64,000 nt of DNA from Pseudomonadales bacterium (GTDB lineage: Bacteria; Pseudomonadota; Gammaproteobacteria; Pseudomonadales; UBA7434): assembly GCA_965263235.1 (NCBI GenBank), contig OZ253667.1, forward strand, positions 1,026,189 through 1,090,188, written 5' to 3'. Position numbers and translations under genes: made by a program. Below are positions 31,918-42,545 of this stretch, piece by piece; the stretch's first letter is position 1; each line of letters begins with the position of its first letter. Below the pieces are notes generated by a model. That model was not told the DNA's origin. It saw only the letters and a list, made by a program, of their open reading frames with translations, and made no database searches.

Positions 31918-32442
31918 ATGGCTGTAAAAGACAAGAAACGCGCGATCATTAACGACGCGATCGAATCAAAAGAAGTTCGGCTCATTGATGCGGACGGCAC
32001 GCAGGTAGGTATAGTTCCCATCGCCGAGGCGCTTGAAGTAGCGCAACGGCAAAGTCTGGATCTGGTGCAAATAGCAGGTGAAAGTACGCCTGTCGTTTGT
32101 AAGGTTATGGACTATGGCAAACACCTCTTCGATTTAAAGAAGAAAAAAGCCGCGTCCAAAAAGAAGCAAAAGCAGATTCAGGTCAAAGAGATTAAATTCC
32201 GCCCAGGCACTGAGGAAGGCGATTATCAGGTCAAGCTACGCAACCTGAGACGTTTTTTGGAAGCGGGCGACAAGGCCAAGGTTACGCTGCGTTTTCGCGG
32301 TCGTGAAATGGCTCACCAGGAGCTCGGAATGGAACTGCTGAAACGTGTTGAAGCAGATCTTGAAGAGATTGGGAACGTTGAGCAGTTTCCCAAAATGGAA
32401 GGGCGACAAATGTCGATGGTCATTGCGCCCAAAAAGAATTAG
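31918..32442 (+). CDS. infC: Translation initiation factor IF-3 (start codon uncertain; a non-ATG start upstream is possible)
   Basis: [17 protein letters not shown]...[17 protein letters not shown] is the conserved IF-3 pattern. Confidence 0.85.
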   Translation: MAVKDKKRAIINDAIESKEVRLIDADGTQVGIVPIAEALEVAQRQSLDLVQIAGESTPVVCKVMDYGKHLFDLKKKKAASKKKQKQIQVKEIKFRPGTEEGDYQVKLRNLRRFLEAGDKAKVTLRFRGREMAHQELGMELLKRVEADLEEIGNVEQFPKMEGRQMSMVIAPKKN

Positions 32443-32635
32443 TTAGCAAACCAATTCTTTTAAGGCTTTGAAATAAGCCATGCTCATAAACCGAGGTTAA
32501 GTTAACGTATTTAACCGAGGTTTAAACATAATAGTTCACTGGGTTTTTAAAAGTTTGCGTTGGCGCGCCAGCTACCTAGTAACTTGTATATTAACAGAGC
32601 GCTGGAAAACCAGTGCGAAACCAAGAGATTGAATC

Positions 32636-32830
32636 ATGCCAAAAGCTAAAGTGCATAGTGGCGCTGCGAAACGTTTTAAGAAAACCGGAGCAGGCTACAA
32701 GCGTAAGAGTGCGTACAAAAGCCATATCTTGACCAAGATGACCACTAAGCGTAAACGTCAGTTGCGCGGAACGTCGTTGATTGATGCGTCAGATAAGCCG
32801 TTGATCGATAAAATGCTTCGCAATAATTAA
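32636..32830 (+). CDS. rpmI: Ribosomal protein L35
   Basis: [20 protein letters not shown].. in a 64-aa ORF. Confidence 0.95.
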   Translation: MPKAKVHSGAAKRFKKTGAGYKRKSAYKSHILTKMTTKRKRQLRGTSLIDASDKPLIDKMLRNN

Positions 32831-32901
32831 TTGCAGCGAAGAAAAGATTAACCAAAGCGGTATTTATTAAAACACCCGGCTAAAAGATTAGGTAAAGAGA
32901 T

Positions 32902-33258
32902 ATGGCAAGAGTAAAACGTGGCGTAATAGCTCGCCGCAGACACAAAAAAATCCTTAAGCAGGCGAAAGGCTACTATGGTGCCCGTTCGCGTGTTTTTCGC
33001 GTAGCAAAACAGGCAGTCACTAAAGCAGCTCAGTACGCTTACCGTGACCGTCGTCAACGTAAACGTCAGTTTCGTGCATTGTGGATTGCAAGAATTAATG
33101 CGGCTACCCGCGCGCAAGGCATGACGTATAGCCGTTTTATCGCAGGGCTTAAAAAAGCACAGATAGAACTTGATCGCCGTGTTTTAGCCGATATTGCGGT
33201 GCACGATAAGCCAGCGTTTAGCAAGATTGTCGACGCTGCAAAAGCTGCGCTCGCCTAA
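32902..33258 (+). CDS. rplT: Ribosomal protein L20
   Basis: [30 protein letters not shown].. in a 118-aa ORF. Confidence 0.95.
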   Translation: MARVKRGVIARRRHKKILKQAKGYYGARSRVFRVAKQAVTKAAQYAYRDRRQRKRQFRALWIARINAATRAQGMTYSRFIAGLKKAQIELDRRVLADIAVHDKPAFSKIVDAAKAALA

Positions 33259-33276
33259 GCGATCGACATAAAGCAC

Positions 33277-34404
<1,128 letters not shown>

Positions 34405-34463
34405 ACAAGTTTTGGGTTGTGGGTTTCTACGTTCAACCCACTATTAAAATAGATAGATAGCAA

Positions 34464-36959
34464 ATGAAATTAAGCGAATCCTGGTTGAGAAAGTGGGTTA
34501 ATCCCAGTGTAAGCACAGAAGAACTGGTGCATCGCGTTACTATGGCCGGTTTAGAGGTTGACGCAGTAGAGCCTGCGGCACCTGCGTTTTCGGGTGTTGT
34601 TGTCGGGGAGATTACTGCGATTGATGCCCATCCCGACGCAGAAAAACTCAGGGTTTGCCAGGTTTCTAATGGTGTCGATACGGTCCAGGTGGTTTGTGGC
34701 GCATCTAACGCAGCAGTAGGAATGAAAATACCTTTTGCTCAGGTGGGTGCAACTTTGCCGCCTGTTGAAGACGGAAAGCCTTTTAAAATTAAAAAAGCCA
34801 AGCTAAGAGGCGTGGAGTCTTTTGGTATGTTGTGTGGTGCTTCCGAGCTCGGTCTGGAAGATGTTGTTGATGGCTTATTGCAACTTTCTGCAGATGCGCC
34901 GCTAGGTGAAGACGTTAGGAGCTATCTTGATCTTGATGATTCGATTGTCGAGCTGGACTTAACCCCAAATAGAGGGGACTGCTTGTCGGTGCTTGGTGTG
35001 GCGAGAGAAGTTGCCGTTATCTGTGATGCCGAGATGACGCAGCCAACCATCGAACCGGTTGCCGCGACTTTAGATGAAGCGGTAGATGTCAGTATTCTTG
35101 CGGATGACTATTGCCAGGCATATGCAGGCAGAGTCGTCAGGGATGTAAATCCCAATATTGAAACGCCGATATGGATGCGTGAAGCTTTACGTCGTGCAGG
35201 CTTGCGTAGTATCGATCTGGTTGTCGATATCACCAATTACGTGATGCTTGAGCTTGGCCAGCCCATGCATGCGTTTGACCTGGAGGAAATTCAGGGCAAT
35301 ATTCAGGTGCGATATGCTCAGGATGGCGAAGCAATTGCTTTGCTGGATGGCAGCAGTATCGAAGCGACGAGTGATTTGCTGGTAATCGCGGATGACCAGC
35401 AAGCGTTGGCGCTCGCCGGGATTATGGGTGGCGAGACGTCTTCGGTAAGTGCTGATACCCAGCATATTTTGTTTGAATCAGCGTTCTTTGTGCCGCATAA
35501 GCACGCGGGTCAGGCGCGTCGTCTGGGCATGCATACAGACTCATCTCATCGATTTGAGCGAGGCGTTGACTCGCAGGGGCAGGTGAGGGCAATCGAGCGC
35601 GCCACACAGCTATTGTTAGATATCTGTGGCGGCAAGGCTGGCCCGGTATTTGAAACCCGAGCTAAGGCCCAGTCTACGGCTGCAGGAAAAGAAATTTTAT
35701 TTAAGCGCGCGAATATTAAGCGCGTGCTTGGTTTTGAAATGGCTGACGCCGAGGTTGAAGCTATTTTTAGTCGCCTGGATCTATCGCCCGTTGCTAATGA
35801 CGCGGGCTGGTCGATAAGCGTGCCTTCGCATCGCTTTGACATAGCCATCGAGGCTGACTTGCTCGAAGAGATTGCGCGTGTTTATGGGTACGACCGGCTG
35901 CCCGTTGAGCCGCCCGTAGCGGCCATGACCTTTACCCTAAAGCCAGAGTCGAACCGTGACCCGATGAGCTTGCGTCAAACACTCGTGGCACGCGGTTACC
36001 ACGAGGCGATAAGCTACAGCTTTATCGACCCGTCCATGCACAATGCGTTGTTTGGTGACTTGCCAGCGGTTAAATTGGCCAACCCCATCAGCGAAGAAAT
36101 GTCGGTGATGCGTGTTAGCCTGATTCCAGGTCTGCTGAAAGCGGCCGAGCAGAATGTTAAGCGACAGCAGTCGCGGCTAAAGCTGTTTGAAACCGGCCTG
36201 CGATTTTTGCCCGAGGAAGGCCAAACTGACCAAGCTACGGGTAAGCGTAGTTTTGCCCAGCAGCCGAGAATTGCCGGTTTGATTTACGGAACGCGCCACA
36301 GGGAAAGCTGGCTATCCAAGCCTGAAGCGACGCAATCGCCTGGTAAAACTGCCGACAAGCTTGATTTTTACGATCTTAAATCGGATGTCGAAGCGCTGTT
36401 AACCGGCATAGCTCCCGACGTTAAAAGCCAGTTAGAGTTTCGGTCGATTGTTAGCCAAGATGGCCAGATGCTAACCGAATGCGAGTCGCTTTGTTCAAAT
36501 ATGATACACCCTGGGCAGGGAGCAGCTATTTTCCTTGCTAATCAATACCTTGGCTTTTGTGGTGCAATTCATCCGGCATTGCAGAAAACCCTCGACGAAG
36601 TCACATCTGCATGGGTCTTCGAGTTGGATATGACCTTGATTTCTCAGAAAAAAGTGCCAGAATTCAAAGAATTATCCAAATTTCCTGAAGTTCGGAGGGA
36701 TATTGCGATAATTGTCGACGACAGCCTTGCAGTTGGCGAGCTACTTCAAGCCATTCGTAGTGCAGGCAATGAGTTGTTAACCGCAACTTATGTCTTCGAC
36801 CAGTACAGCGGTGAGGGTATTGAGCAGGGAAAGCAAAGTGTTGCTATTGGTCTCAATTGGCAACATCGTGAGCGAACGTTAACAGATGCTGAGATTAATG
36901 AAGCGCTCGACAATATCGTTGCCACTTTATCCAAGCAGTTTAACGCGAGCTTAAGATAA
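34464..36959 (+). CDS. pheT: Phenylalanyl-tRNA synthetase beta subunit
   Basis: MKLSESWLRKWVNP, the B3/4 and B5 regions and an FDX-ACB-like C-terminus. Confidence 0.95.
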   Translation: MKLSESWLRKWVNPSVSTEELVHRVTMAGLEVDAVEPAAPAFSGVVVGEITAIDAHPDAEKLRVCQVSNGVDTVQVVCGASNAAVGMKIPFAQVGATLPPVEDGKPFKIKKAKLRGVESFGMLCGASELGLEDVVDGLLQLSADAPLGEDVRSYLDLDDSIVELDLTPNRGDCLSVLGVAREVAVICDAEMTQPTIEPVAATLDEAVDVSILADDYCQAYAGRVVRDVNPNIETPIWMREALRRAGLRSIDLVVDITNYVMLELGQPMHAFDLEEIQGNIQVRYAQDGEAIALLDGSSIEATSDLLVIADDQQALALAGIMGGETSSVSADTQHILFESAFFVPHKHAGQARRLGMHTDSSHRFERGVDSQGQVRAIERATQLLLDICGGKAGPVFETRAKAQSTAAGKEILFKRANIKRVLGFEMADAEVEAIFSRLDLSPVANDAGWSISVPSHRFDIAIEADLLEEIARVYGYDRLPVEPPVAAMTFTLKPESNRDPMSLRQTLVARGYHEAISYSFIDPSMHNALFGDLPAVKLANPISEEMSVMRVSLIPGLLKAAEQNVKRQQSRLKLFETGLRFLPEEGQTDQATGKRSFAQQPRIAGLIYGTRHRESWLSKPEATQSPGKTADKLDFYDLKSDVEALLTGIAPDVKSQLEFRSIVSQDGQMLTECESLCSNMIHPGQGAAIFLANQYLGFCGAIHPALQKTLDEVTSAWVFELDMTLISQKKVPEFKELSKFPEVRRDIAIIVDDSLAVGELLQAIRSAGNELLTATYVFDQYSGEGIEQGKQSVAIGLNWQHRERTLTDAEINEALDNIVATLSKQFNASLR

Positions 36960-36969
36960 ATGGTGAGTT

Positions 36970-37269
36970 ATGGCACTAACCAAAGCAGAGATGGCCGAGC
37001 GTTTGTTTGAAGAGCTTGGTCTCAATAAAAGAGAAGCAAAAGAAATCGTCGAATTGTTTTTTGAAGAGATCCGAATGGCGCTCGAATCAAACGAGCACGT
37101 AAAGCTATCCGGTTTTGGCAATTTCGATTTGCGAGACAAAAAACAACGCCCAGGTAGAAACCCAAAAACGGGAGAAGAGATTCCTATTTCTGCTCGCCGC
37201 GTGGTAACATTCAAGCCCGGTCAAAAACTCAAGCAACAAGTCGAAACCTATGCTGGAACCGAGCAATAA
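36970..37269 (+). CDS. ihfA: Integration host factor alpha
   Basis: [49 protein letters not shown]. Confidence 0.95.
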   Translation: MALTKAEMAERLFEELGLNKREAKEIVELFFEEIRMALESNEHVKLSGFGNFDLRDKKQRPGRNPKTGEEIPISARRVVTFKPGQKLKQQVETYAGTEQ

Positions 37270-37612
37270 CGAAGAACTTCCGGCCATCCCCGGAAAGCGC
37301 TATTTCACGATTGGTGAAGTCAGCGACCTGTGCGCAGTAAAGCCCCACGTCCTACGTTACTGGGAACAAGAATTTCCACAGTTAAAACCGGTAAAGCGTC
37401 GCGGTAACCGCCGCTATTACCAGCGCCAGGACGTTATCATGATTCGTCAAATCCGAAGCCTGCTATACGATCAGGGTTACACCATTGGCGGTGCTCGCCA
37501 GCAAATGACCGGCGAAAAAGCCAAAGACGACGGTGCGCAAACACAGCAGCTCGTCCGCCAGATGATTGTAGAGCTTGAAGAAGTTCTCGATGTTTTAAGA
37601 GCACCTGTGTGA
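37250..37612 (+). CDS. MerR family transcriptional regulator
   Basis: [25 protein letters not shown] is a MerR-type HTH. The gene overlaps the ihfA 3' end. Confidence 0.85.
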   Translation: MLEPSNNEELPAIPGKRYFTIGEVSDLCAVKPHVLRYWEQEFPQLKPVKRRGNRRYYQRQDVIMIRQIRSLLYDQGYTIGGARQQMTGEKAKDDGAQTQQLVRQMIVELEEVLDVLRAPV

Positions 37613-37676
37613 GCTCCGATTAAGCCTTAAAGCACACAACTTCCAGTAGTATCCAAAGACACTTTGCATTAGAATC

Positions 37677-37715
37677 GCGCTCCCGTTTAAAACTCGGGAG
37701 CGTTTTGGTTTTGGT
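37677..37715 (+). terminator. Rho-independent terminator
   Basis: CGCTCCCGtttaaaactCGGGAGCGTTTTGGTTTTGG. Confidence 0.75.
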
Positions 37716-37747
37716 GTTTTAAAACACTGACAATCCAAATGTTTTTC

Positions 37748-38050
37748 GGGATGTAGCGTTCTCTTTGTACCCTTCACACAGACAGGCAGTAGCGCACTAA
37801 GTAGTGCGCCTAGAAAAGAAAGAGATATTAAGATTATTAGTTAGATAGTTTAGAGTGGGATGTAGCGCTCACTTTGTAGAGAGCGGTAGCGCACTAAGTG
37901 GTGCGCCTAGAAAAGAAAGAGATATTAAGATTATTAGTTAGATAGTTTAGAGTGGGATGTAGCGCTCACTTTGTAGAGAGCGGTAGCGCACTAAGTGGTG
38001 CGCCTAGAAAAGAAAGAGATATTAAGATTATTAGTTAGATAGTTTAGAAC
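37748..38050 (+). repeat. Three tandem units (109, 97, 97 bp), each starting with a degenerate copy of the tRNA-Pro 5' part
   Basis: The units start GGGATGTAGCG at 37748, 37857 and 37954. Units 2 and 3 are identical. Each contains GGTAGCGCAC and an AT-rich spacer. The true tRNA follows at 38050. Confidence 0.9.
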
Positions 38051-38126
38051 GGGATGTAGCGCAGTCTGGTAGCGCACCACACTGGGGGTGTGGTGGTCGT
38101 CGGTTCAAATCCGGCCATCCCGACCA
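38050..38126 (+). tRNA. tRNA-Pro (anticodon GGG)
   Basis: CGGGATGTAGCGCAGTCTGGTAGCGCACCACACTGGGGGTGTGGTGGTCGTCGGTTCAAATCCGGCCATCCCGACCA. All four stems pair, and the anticodon loop is CTGGGGG. Confidence 0.85.
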
Positions 38127-38154
38127 ATTTATACTTATAAATCAAAATGTTAAA

Positions 38155-38180
38155 AGCCTCGCAAATGCGGGCTTTTTATT
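38155..38180 (+). terminator. Terminator after tRNA-Pro
   Basis: AGCCTCGCaaatGCGGGCTTTTTATTT (one bulged base). Confidence 0.6.
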
Positions 38181-38217
38181 TAGCGGTGATTTAAGTCCAT
38201 ATTAAGTCCAAATTGCG

Positions 38218-39219
38218 CTAAGTGTGACTAAGTTGATCAATGGGGCTGGTCACACCTTTGCCGCCCCGGTTGACTACATGAGTGTAGATTTCGGTGGTGC
38301 TGATGTCGCTGTGTCCTAACAACTCTTGAATGGTGCGCAAATCATAGCCCGACTCCAATAGGTGAGTCGCAAAGCTATGCCTGAAACTGTGAATGCGTGG
38401 TAGCTTGTGAATCTTGGCTTCTTGCACTGCGCGTCTTACCTGGCGGCTCAGTGTGGTCGGGTGCATATGGTGGCGGCGCTTCACGCCACTGCGAGGGTCT
38501 TTGCCGATACTGCTTGAGGGAAATAGAAACTGCCAGGCCGTCTCGTACGGCGCTCGAGGGCTTTTGCGTGCGAGTGCATCAGGCAGGCAAACTTCGCCAT
38601 ACCCGTCGCGAATATCTTGGTCGTGGAGCAGCTTAACGCGCGCTACTTGCGCTTTCAATTCGGGGATTAATTTTTGCGGCAGCATGGTCGCGCGGTCCTT
38701 ATTTCCTTTGCCATTGCGGACGATAATATTATTGGAGCCAAAATCGACATCCTTGATGCGCAGTGAGAGAAGCTCTGCGAGCCTCAAGCCAGTGCCGTAA
38801 AGTAATTCGACCTGTAGCCGGTAGACGCCATTAAGGCCGTTGATAATAGCCGCTATCTCATCCCGACTATATATCACGGGAAGCCGCTTGGGCGCTCTCG
38901 CGCCTTGATAGCCAAGTTCACCCACCTCAATTCCTAAAAAGCGCTTGTACACGTATACGAGCGCATTGAGTGCGGTGCGTTGTGTATTGACCGAGCAAAA
39001 GCGTTGATTGGATAGATAACTTAAAAAATTTTCGATTTCAGTGGGGCCTAATGATTTGGGGTGTTGCTTACCGTGAAAGTTAATAAAGCGGCGGATCCAG
39101 TGAATATAGGTTTGCTCGGTGCGGTACGCGAGCCCCTTTTGCCGCATGTGCAGGCGTAGCTGATCGAGAAAGCGTGGCGATTGCGGTGGAATGGTGGTGC
39201 GGATTTTTATTTGTTCCAT
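38218..39219 (-). CDS. intI: Integron integrase
   Basis: It is a tyrosine recombinase with the R..HxxR..Y boxes (TGLRLAELLSLR, HSFRHSFATHLL, TEIYTHV). It also has the IntI-specific insertion LPDALARKSPRAPYETAWQFLFPSS. The start was set at MEQIKIR. Confidence 0.9.
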   Translation of the reverse strand: MEQIKIRTTIPPQSPRFLDQLRLHMRQKGLAYRTEQTYIHWIRRFINFHGKQHPKSLGPTEIENFLSYLSNQRFCSVNTQRTALNALVYVYKRFLGIEVGELGYQGARAPKRLPVIYSRDEIAAIINGLNGVYRLQVELLYGTGLRLAELLSLRIKDVDFGSNNIIVRNGKGNKDRATMLPQKLIPELKAQVARVKLLHDQDIRDGYGEVCLPDALARKSPRAPYETAWQFLFPSSSIGKDPRSGVKRRHHMHPTTLSRQVRRAVQEAKIHKLPRIHSFRHSFATHLLESGYDLRTIQELLGHSDISTTEIYTHVVNRGGKGVTSPIDQLSHT

Positions 39220-39479
39220 GGGATGCACTCGTATACCTGTATGTATATACAGTATCAATTTTAAGTGCACTCTGTCAAACTTCAGGTGATCAATGGATAG
39301 GTGTTCACTATTTCCAGGGTTGCAGGGCTAAGGTATTGAAAAATAAGATGGTGGTATCGTGTACAACAGCCATTGATTTTCCCCGCCTGGCAGATTCCTG
39401 CTCGCTTTAACCTTTTTTGATATCAATCATTCATTGCTTAACCTACTGAACAATAGACTCTTTTTTTGATGTCTAAGTA

Positions 39480-39545
39480 TGTTTAAATTTGGATACACAG
39501 CATGGTGGATATGAGCCACTTGCTATTGAATAAACTGTTAGCCAT
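39480..39545 (+). other. attI region with the recombination point in GTTAGCC (G39537/T39538)
   Basis: GTTAGCCAT (39537-39545) is the exact reverse complement of ATGGCTAAC (40036-44), which ends the first cassette. The left extent of attI is not determined. Confidence 0.6.
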
Positions 39546-39560
39546 ATTAAGGATACAATA

Positions 39561-40043
39561 ATGAATGAAGTTAGAATCCCTTATAAACCAAACAAAATTC
39601 TATTTATATTAGCAATCGGGTTTTTTGGTGCCTGTGCCGGATTTATGGGAAATATTGCAATAACAAACGATAGAGGTTTGGTGCTTAACCGAATTTTTGA
39701 ATTCTCCACACAAGGAGCTTCTATTTTTTACTGGGTTATTACAGTAATAGCTCTAGCATTTGTTTTAGTTGGAATTATTGCCCTTATAAAAAGCTTTACC
39801 TCAAAAAGAGAGATAATTATCTCCGATACTTCTATCACGTCCCCTAAAAGTGGTTTTAGCAAACTAGATATTACCGTCAATTTTTCAGACGTTACGGATG
39901 TCACGATACAAACTGTACAAAAAACCAAAATACTTAACATCGACCACTTAGATGGTAGACTCTCAATTCCAAATAGCATGTTGCCAAATAAACAAGCTTT
40001 TGAAGAGTTAGTTTCACATATTCAAGTTAAATTAAATGGCTAA
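39561..40043 (+). CDS. Cassette 1: small membrane protein (two TM helices + soluble C-terminal domain)
   Basis: The hydrophobic segments are ILFILAIGFFGACAGFMGNIAI and IFYWVITVIALAFVLVGIIALI. The ORF is 160 aa. Confidence 0.65.
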   Translation: MNEVRIPYKPNKILFILAIGFFGACAGFMGNIAITNDRGLVLNRIFEFSTQGASIFYWVITVIALAFVLVGIIALIKSFTSKREIIISDTSITSPKSGFSKLDITVNFSDVTDVTIQTVQKTKILNIDHLDGRLSIPNSMLPNKQAFEELVSHIQVKLNG

Positions 40044-40057
40044 CAAGTGACTATGGT
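40036..40057 (+). other. 5' (R''/L'') part of the attC of cassette 1, interrupted by an IS
   Basis: ATGGCTAACAAG has the same R''-AAG organisation as the other attC sites (GCATAACAAG, CCTAGCAAG, GCTAGCAAG). Confidence 0.55.
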
Positions 40058-40072
40058 GTCAAACTCTAATTA

Positions 40073-40459
<387 letters not shown>

Positions 40460-40481
40460 TTAACGAAGAGGAGATCTCAAC

Positions 40482-40748
40482 ATGAAGAAGAAACGATTTA
40501 CCGAAGAACAGATTATTGGTGCGCTGAAGGCACACGAAGCTGGCGAGAAGGTCGCTGATATTTGTCGACGAATCGGCGTGGCGCAGGGTACGTTCTACAA
40601 TTGGCGAGCCAAATTTGGTGGGATGGAAGTGAACGAAGCTAGGCGGCTGCGTGAATTGGAATCAGAGAACACCAAGCTCAAAAAGCTGTTAGCCGATAAG
40701 CTCCTTGAAGTTGAAGCGATGAAGGATGTGTTGTCAAAAAAGTGGTGA
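40482..40748 (+). CDS. IS3-family transposase OrfA (HTH)
   Basis: MKKKRFTEEQIIGALKAHEAG..GTFYNWRAKFGG, with a leucine-zipper-like tail. It ends just after A AAA AAG (40736-40742). Confidence 0.9.
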   Translation: MKKKRFTEEQIIGALKAHEAGEKVADICRRIGVAQGTFYNWRAKFGGMEVNEARRLRELESENTKLKKLLADKLLEVEAMKDVLSKKW

Positions 40749-41560
40749 AACCTGCGAGCAAGAAGTTGGCGATCTCGCATATGAAGACAACACATCGTGT
40801 GAGTGAACGAACAGCTTGTCAGCTCGTAGGTTTGAGCCGAAGCGGTTATCGCTATCAAGCACAACCCAAAGGTGATGAATCACTGACGAAAAGGCTCAGT
40901 GAGCTGGCCACGCAATATCCTCGCTACGGCTACCTGATGTTGTACAGTCTACTCAAACAGGAAGGGTTAGTCGTTAACAAGAAACGCACCTATCGCTTGT
41001 ATACAGCAATGGGCTTGCAGGTTCGCACGAAGAAACGTAAGAAGCTCACAAGACCACGACAACCGCTAGCAGTCCCGATTGGCAAAGATATTCGTTGGTC
41101 GATGGACTTTGTCTCCGATCAATTGAGTAATGGCAGACGCTTTCGAGTGCTCAATGTGGTCGATGACCATACACGCGAGCTGGTCGGCCAGCTCACAGCG
41201 TTTTCGATATCCGGCCAGCAAGTCGCGGGCTTCTTAAATCAACTGTTAGCAACCCGTAACAAGCCCGATCAAGTGATCTGCGATAACGGCACGGAGTTTA
41301 CGAGTAAGGCGATGTTCTTTTGGCAGAAGGATGCAGGCATAAAGCTTGGCTTTATTCAGCCAGGCAAACCGACACAGAATGCGTTTGTAGAAAGTTTAAA
41401 TGGCAAGTTCCGAAACGAATGTTTAAACCAGCATTGGTTCCGCAGCATTGATGAAGCGAGACACATCATTAACGACTGGCGAGAGCACTACAATCATAAA
41501 AGGCCGCATAGCGCATTGAACTATATGACGCCAGTGGCCTTTGCGAATCGAGCAGCATAG
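40742..41560 (+). CDS. IS3-family transposase OrfB (DDE), expressed by a -1 frameshift from OrfA
   Basis: It lies in the -1 frame relative to orfA. The rve-type core is WSMDFV..VVDDHTRE..DNGTEFTS..ESLNGKFRNECL. Confidence 0.9.
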   Translation: MVKPASKKLAISHMKTTHRVSERTACQLVGLSRSGYRYQAQPKGDESLTKRLSELATQYPRYGYLMLYSLLKQEGLVVNKKRTYRLYTAMGLQVRTKKRKKLTRPRQPLAVPIGKDIRWSMDFVSDQLSNGRRFRVLNVVDDHTRELVGQLTAFSISGQQVAGFLNQLLATRNKPDQVICDNGTEFTSKAMFFWQKDAGIKLGFIQPGKPTQNAFVESLNGKFRNECLNQHWFRSIDEARHIINDWREHYNHKRPHSALNYMTPVAFANRAA

Positions 41561-41607
41561 AATGAAAATCTCATCCAAGCTGTGGTGTTAATCGTGGGGA
41601 AAGGTCA

Positions 41608-42218
41608 GCAAGGACGTTGCCCACGCCTTTAGCGCTTAATAGCAGATCACGCTTTTGTCGCCACTCAGCGACACTGTTAACCAATTTGTCGAGTTGTTTA
41701 TCGATGGTGAGCAGTTCTTTTTTGATGGCTTTGAGAATGTTTTGAATGGGGTTGTGCACAGCTTTTGGCATGCGTTTTAAACGATTCTTTTGCATGGTGC
41801 TCATTTCGAGGCATTGACTGCGCACGACGAGCAAATCGCTAATCGCTCTTAATTTCTCGGGTTTTATTGAGGAAAGCCTGGGCTTCATCGTCTCGCCATA
41901 GTGAGCGATGTCCTGCGCATCGAGCTTGTCTGTTTTTGCCATGCGGCCTGCTGATTTAGCAAAGTTGCGCACGTTGCCTGGATTACAGATGACGATGGGC
42001 AGCCCCGCTTTGTGAGCGGCGATGACGAAGTCGAGTTCTAATCGTCCGGTGGACTCGATCAATACACGAGTGGGTTTGAGAGGTTGAAGTTGTTTAACGG
42101 CGTCTTTGATGCCGTCTTTATCATTGGAGGCACTGAAAAACTGGCCAGTGGGTCTCACGTAAATATCGAGTTGTTTTGTGCTGGTGTCGATACCGACATT
42201 GATCTCTTGCGTATTCAT
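41608..42218 (-). pseudogene. IS110-family transposase, N-terminal fragment
   Basis: MNTQEINVGIDTSTKQLDIYV..VLIESTGRLE.. matches the DEDD N-terminal domain. It is truncated by the IS3 insertion. Confidence 0.85.
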
Positions 42219-42489
42219 GGGATAAGCTATCTCCGCCTTGCTATTCGGGCTCGAGGCCCACATGACTATTCGAGTTATGCCTGGTGAGTGTTTGTCACGT
42301 TCACACTAGCGGGTTTAATACACCTGGCCAGCATCGAACTATGACAAACAAGGCCTTGGGTGGCCGCCCAAGGTGGGCCTCAATTTACCCGTTAGTGGAA
42401 AGGATTAAAATAATGAATATAGAGAGAATTGAACCATACAAGGTCATCAAGCCGGACAGTTTTTCCGTTGCTTCTTTTGTGTTTACCCG

Positions 42490-42545
42490 CTACGCTAGCA
42501 CAAAAACGCAACTACAAAACTGCCGCTTATAACGGCGTTAGCTTT
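42490..42545 (+). other. attC 3' part with R' GTTAGCT preceding cassette 42538-43952 (left limit unclear)
   Basis: GTTAGCTTT (42537-45) is complementary to AAAGCTAGC (43879-87) at the end of the following cassette. Confidence 0.55.

Noticed and set aside
37748-38050. Regularly spaced ~97-bp repeats that could suggest a CRISPR array (likewise 1795-2081).
   Set aside because: The whole units, including the 'spacers', are repeated almost identically. The repeats contain tRNA-derived sequence, and no cas genes are nearby.
38191-38215. A direct repeat TTAAGTCCA-TA-TTAAGTCCA just beyond the intI stop codon.
   Set aside because: It is very short (9 bp, two copies), no function can be inferred, and it could be chance.
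42392-42537. A ~146-bp mini-cassette with a 39-aa ORF (MNIERIEPYKVIKPDSF...).
   Set aside because: The expected complementarity between its start (TTAGTGG) and an R'' at its end is poor (CCGCTAC/GCTAGC versus CCACTAAC). The segment may instead be the 5' leader of the IS110-family element. It is kept only as an alternative model.
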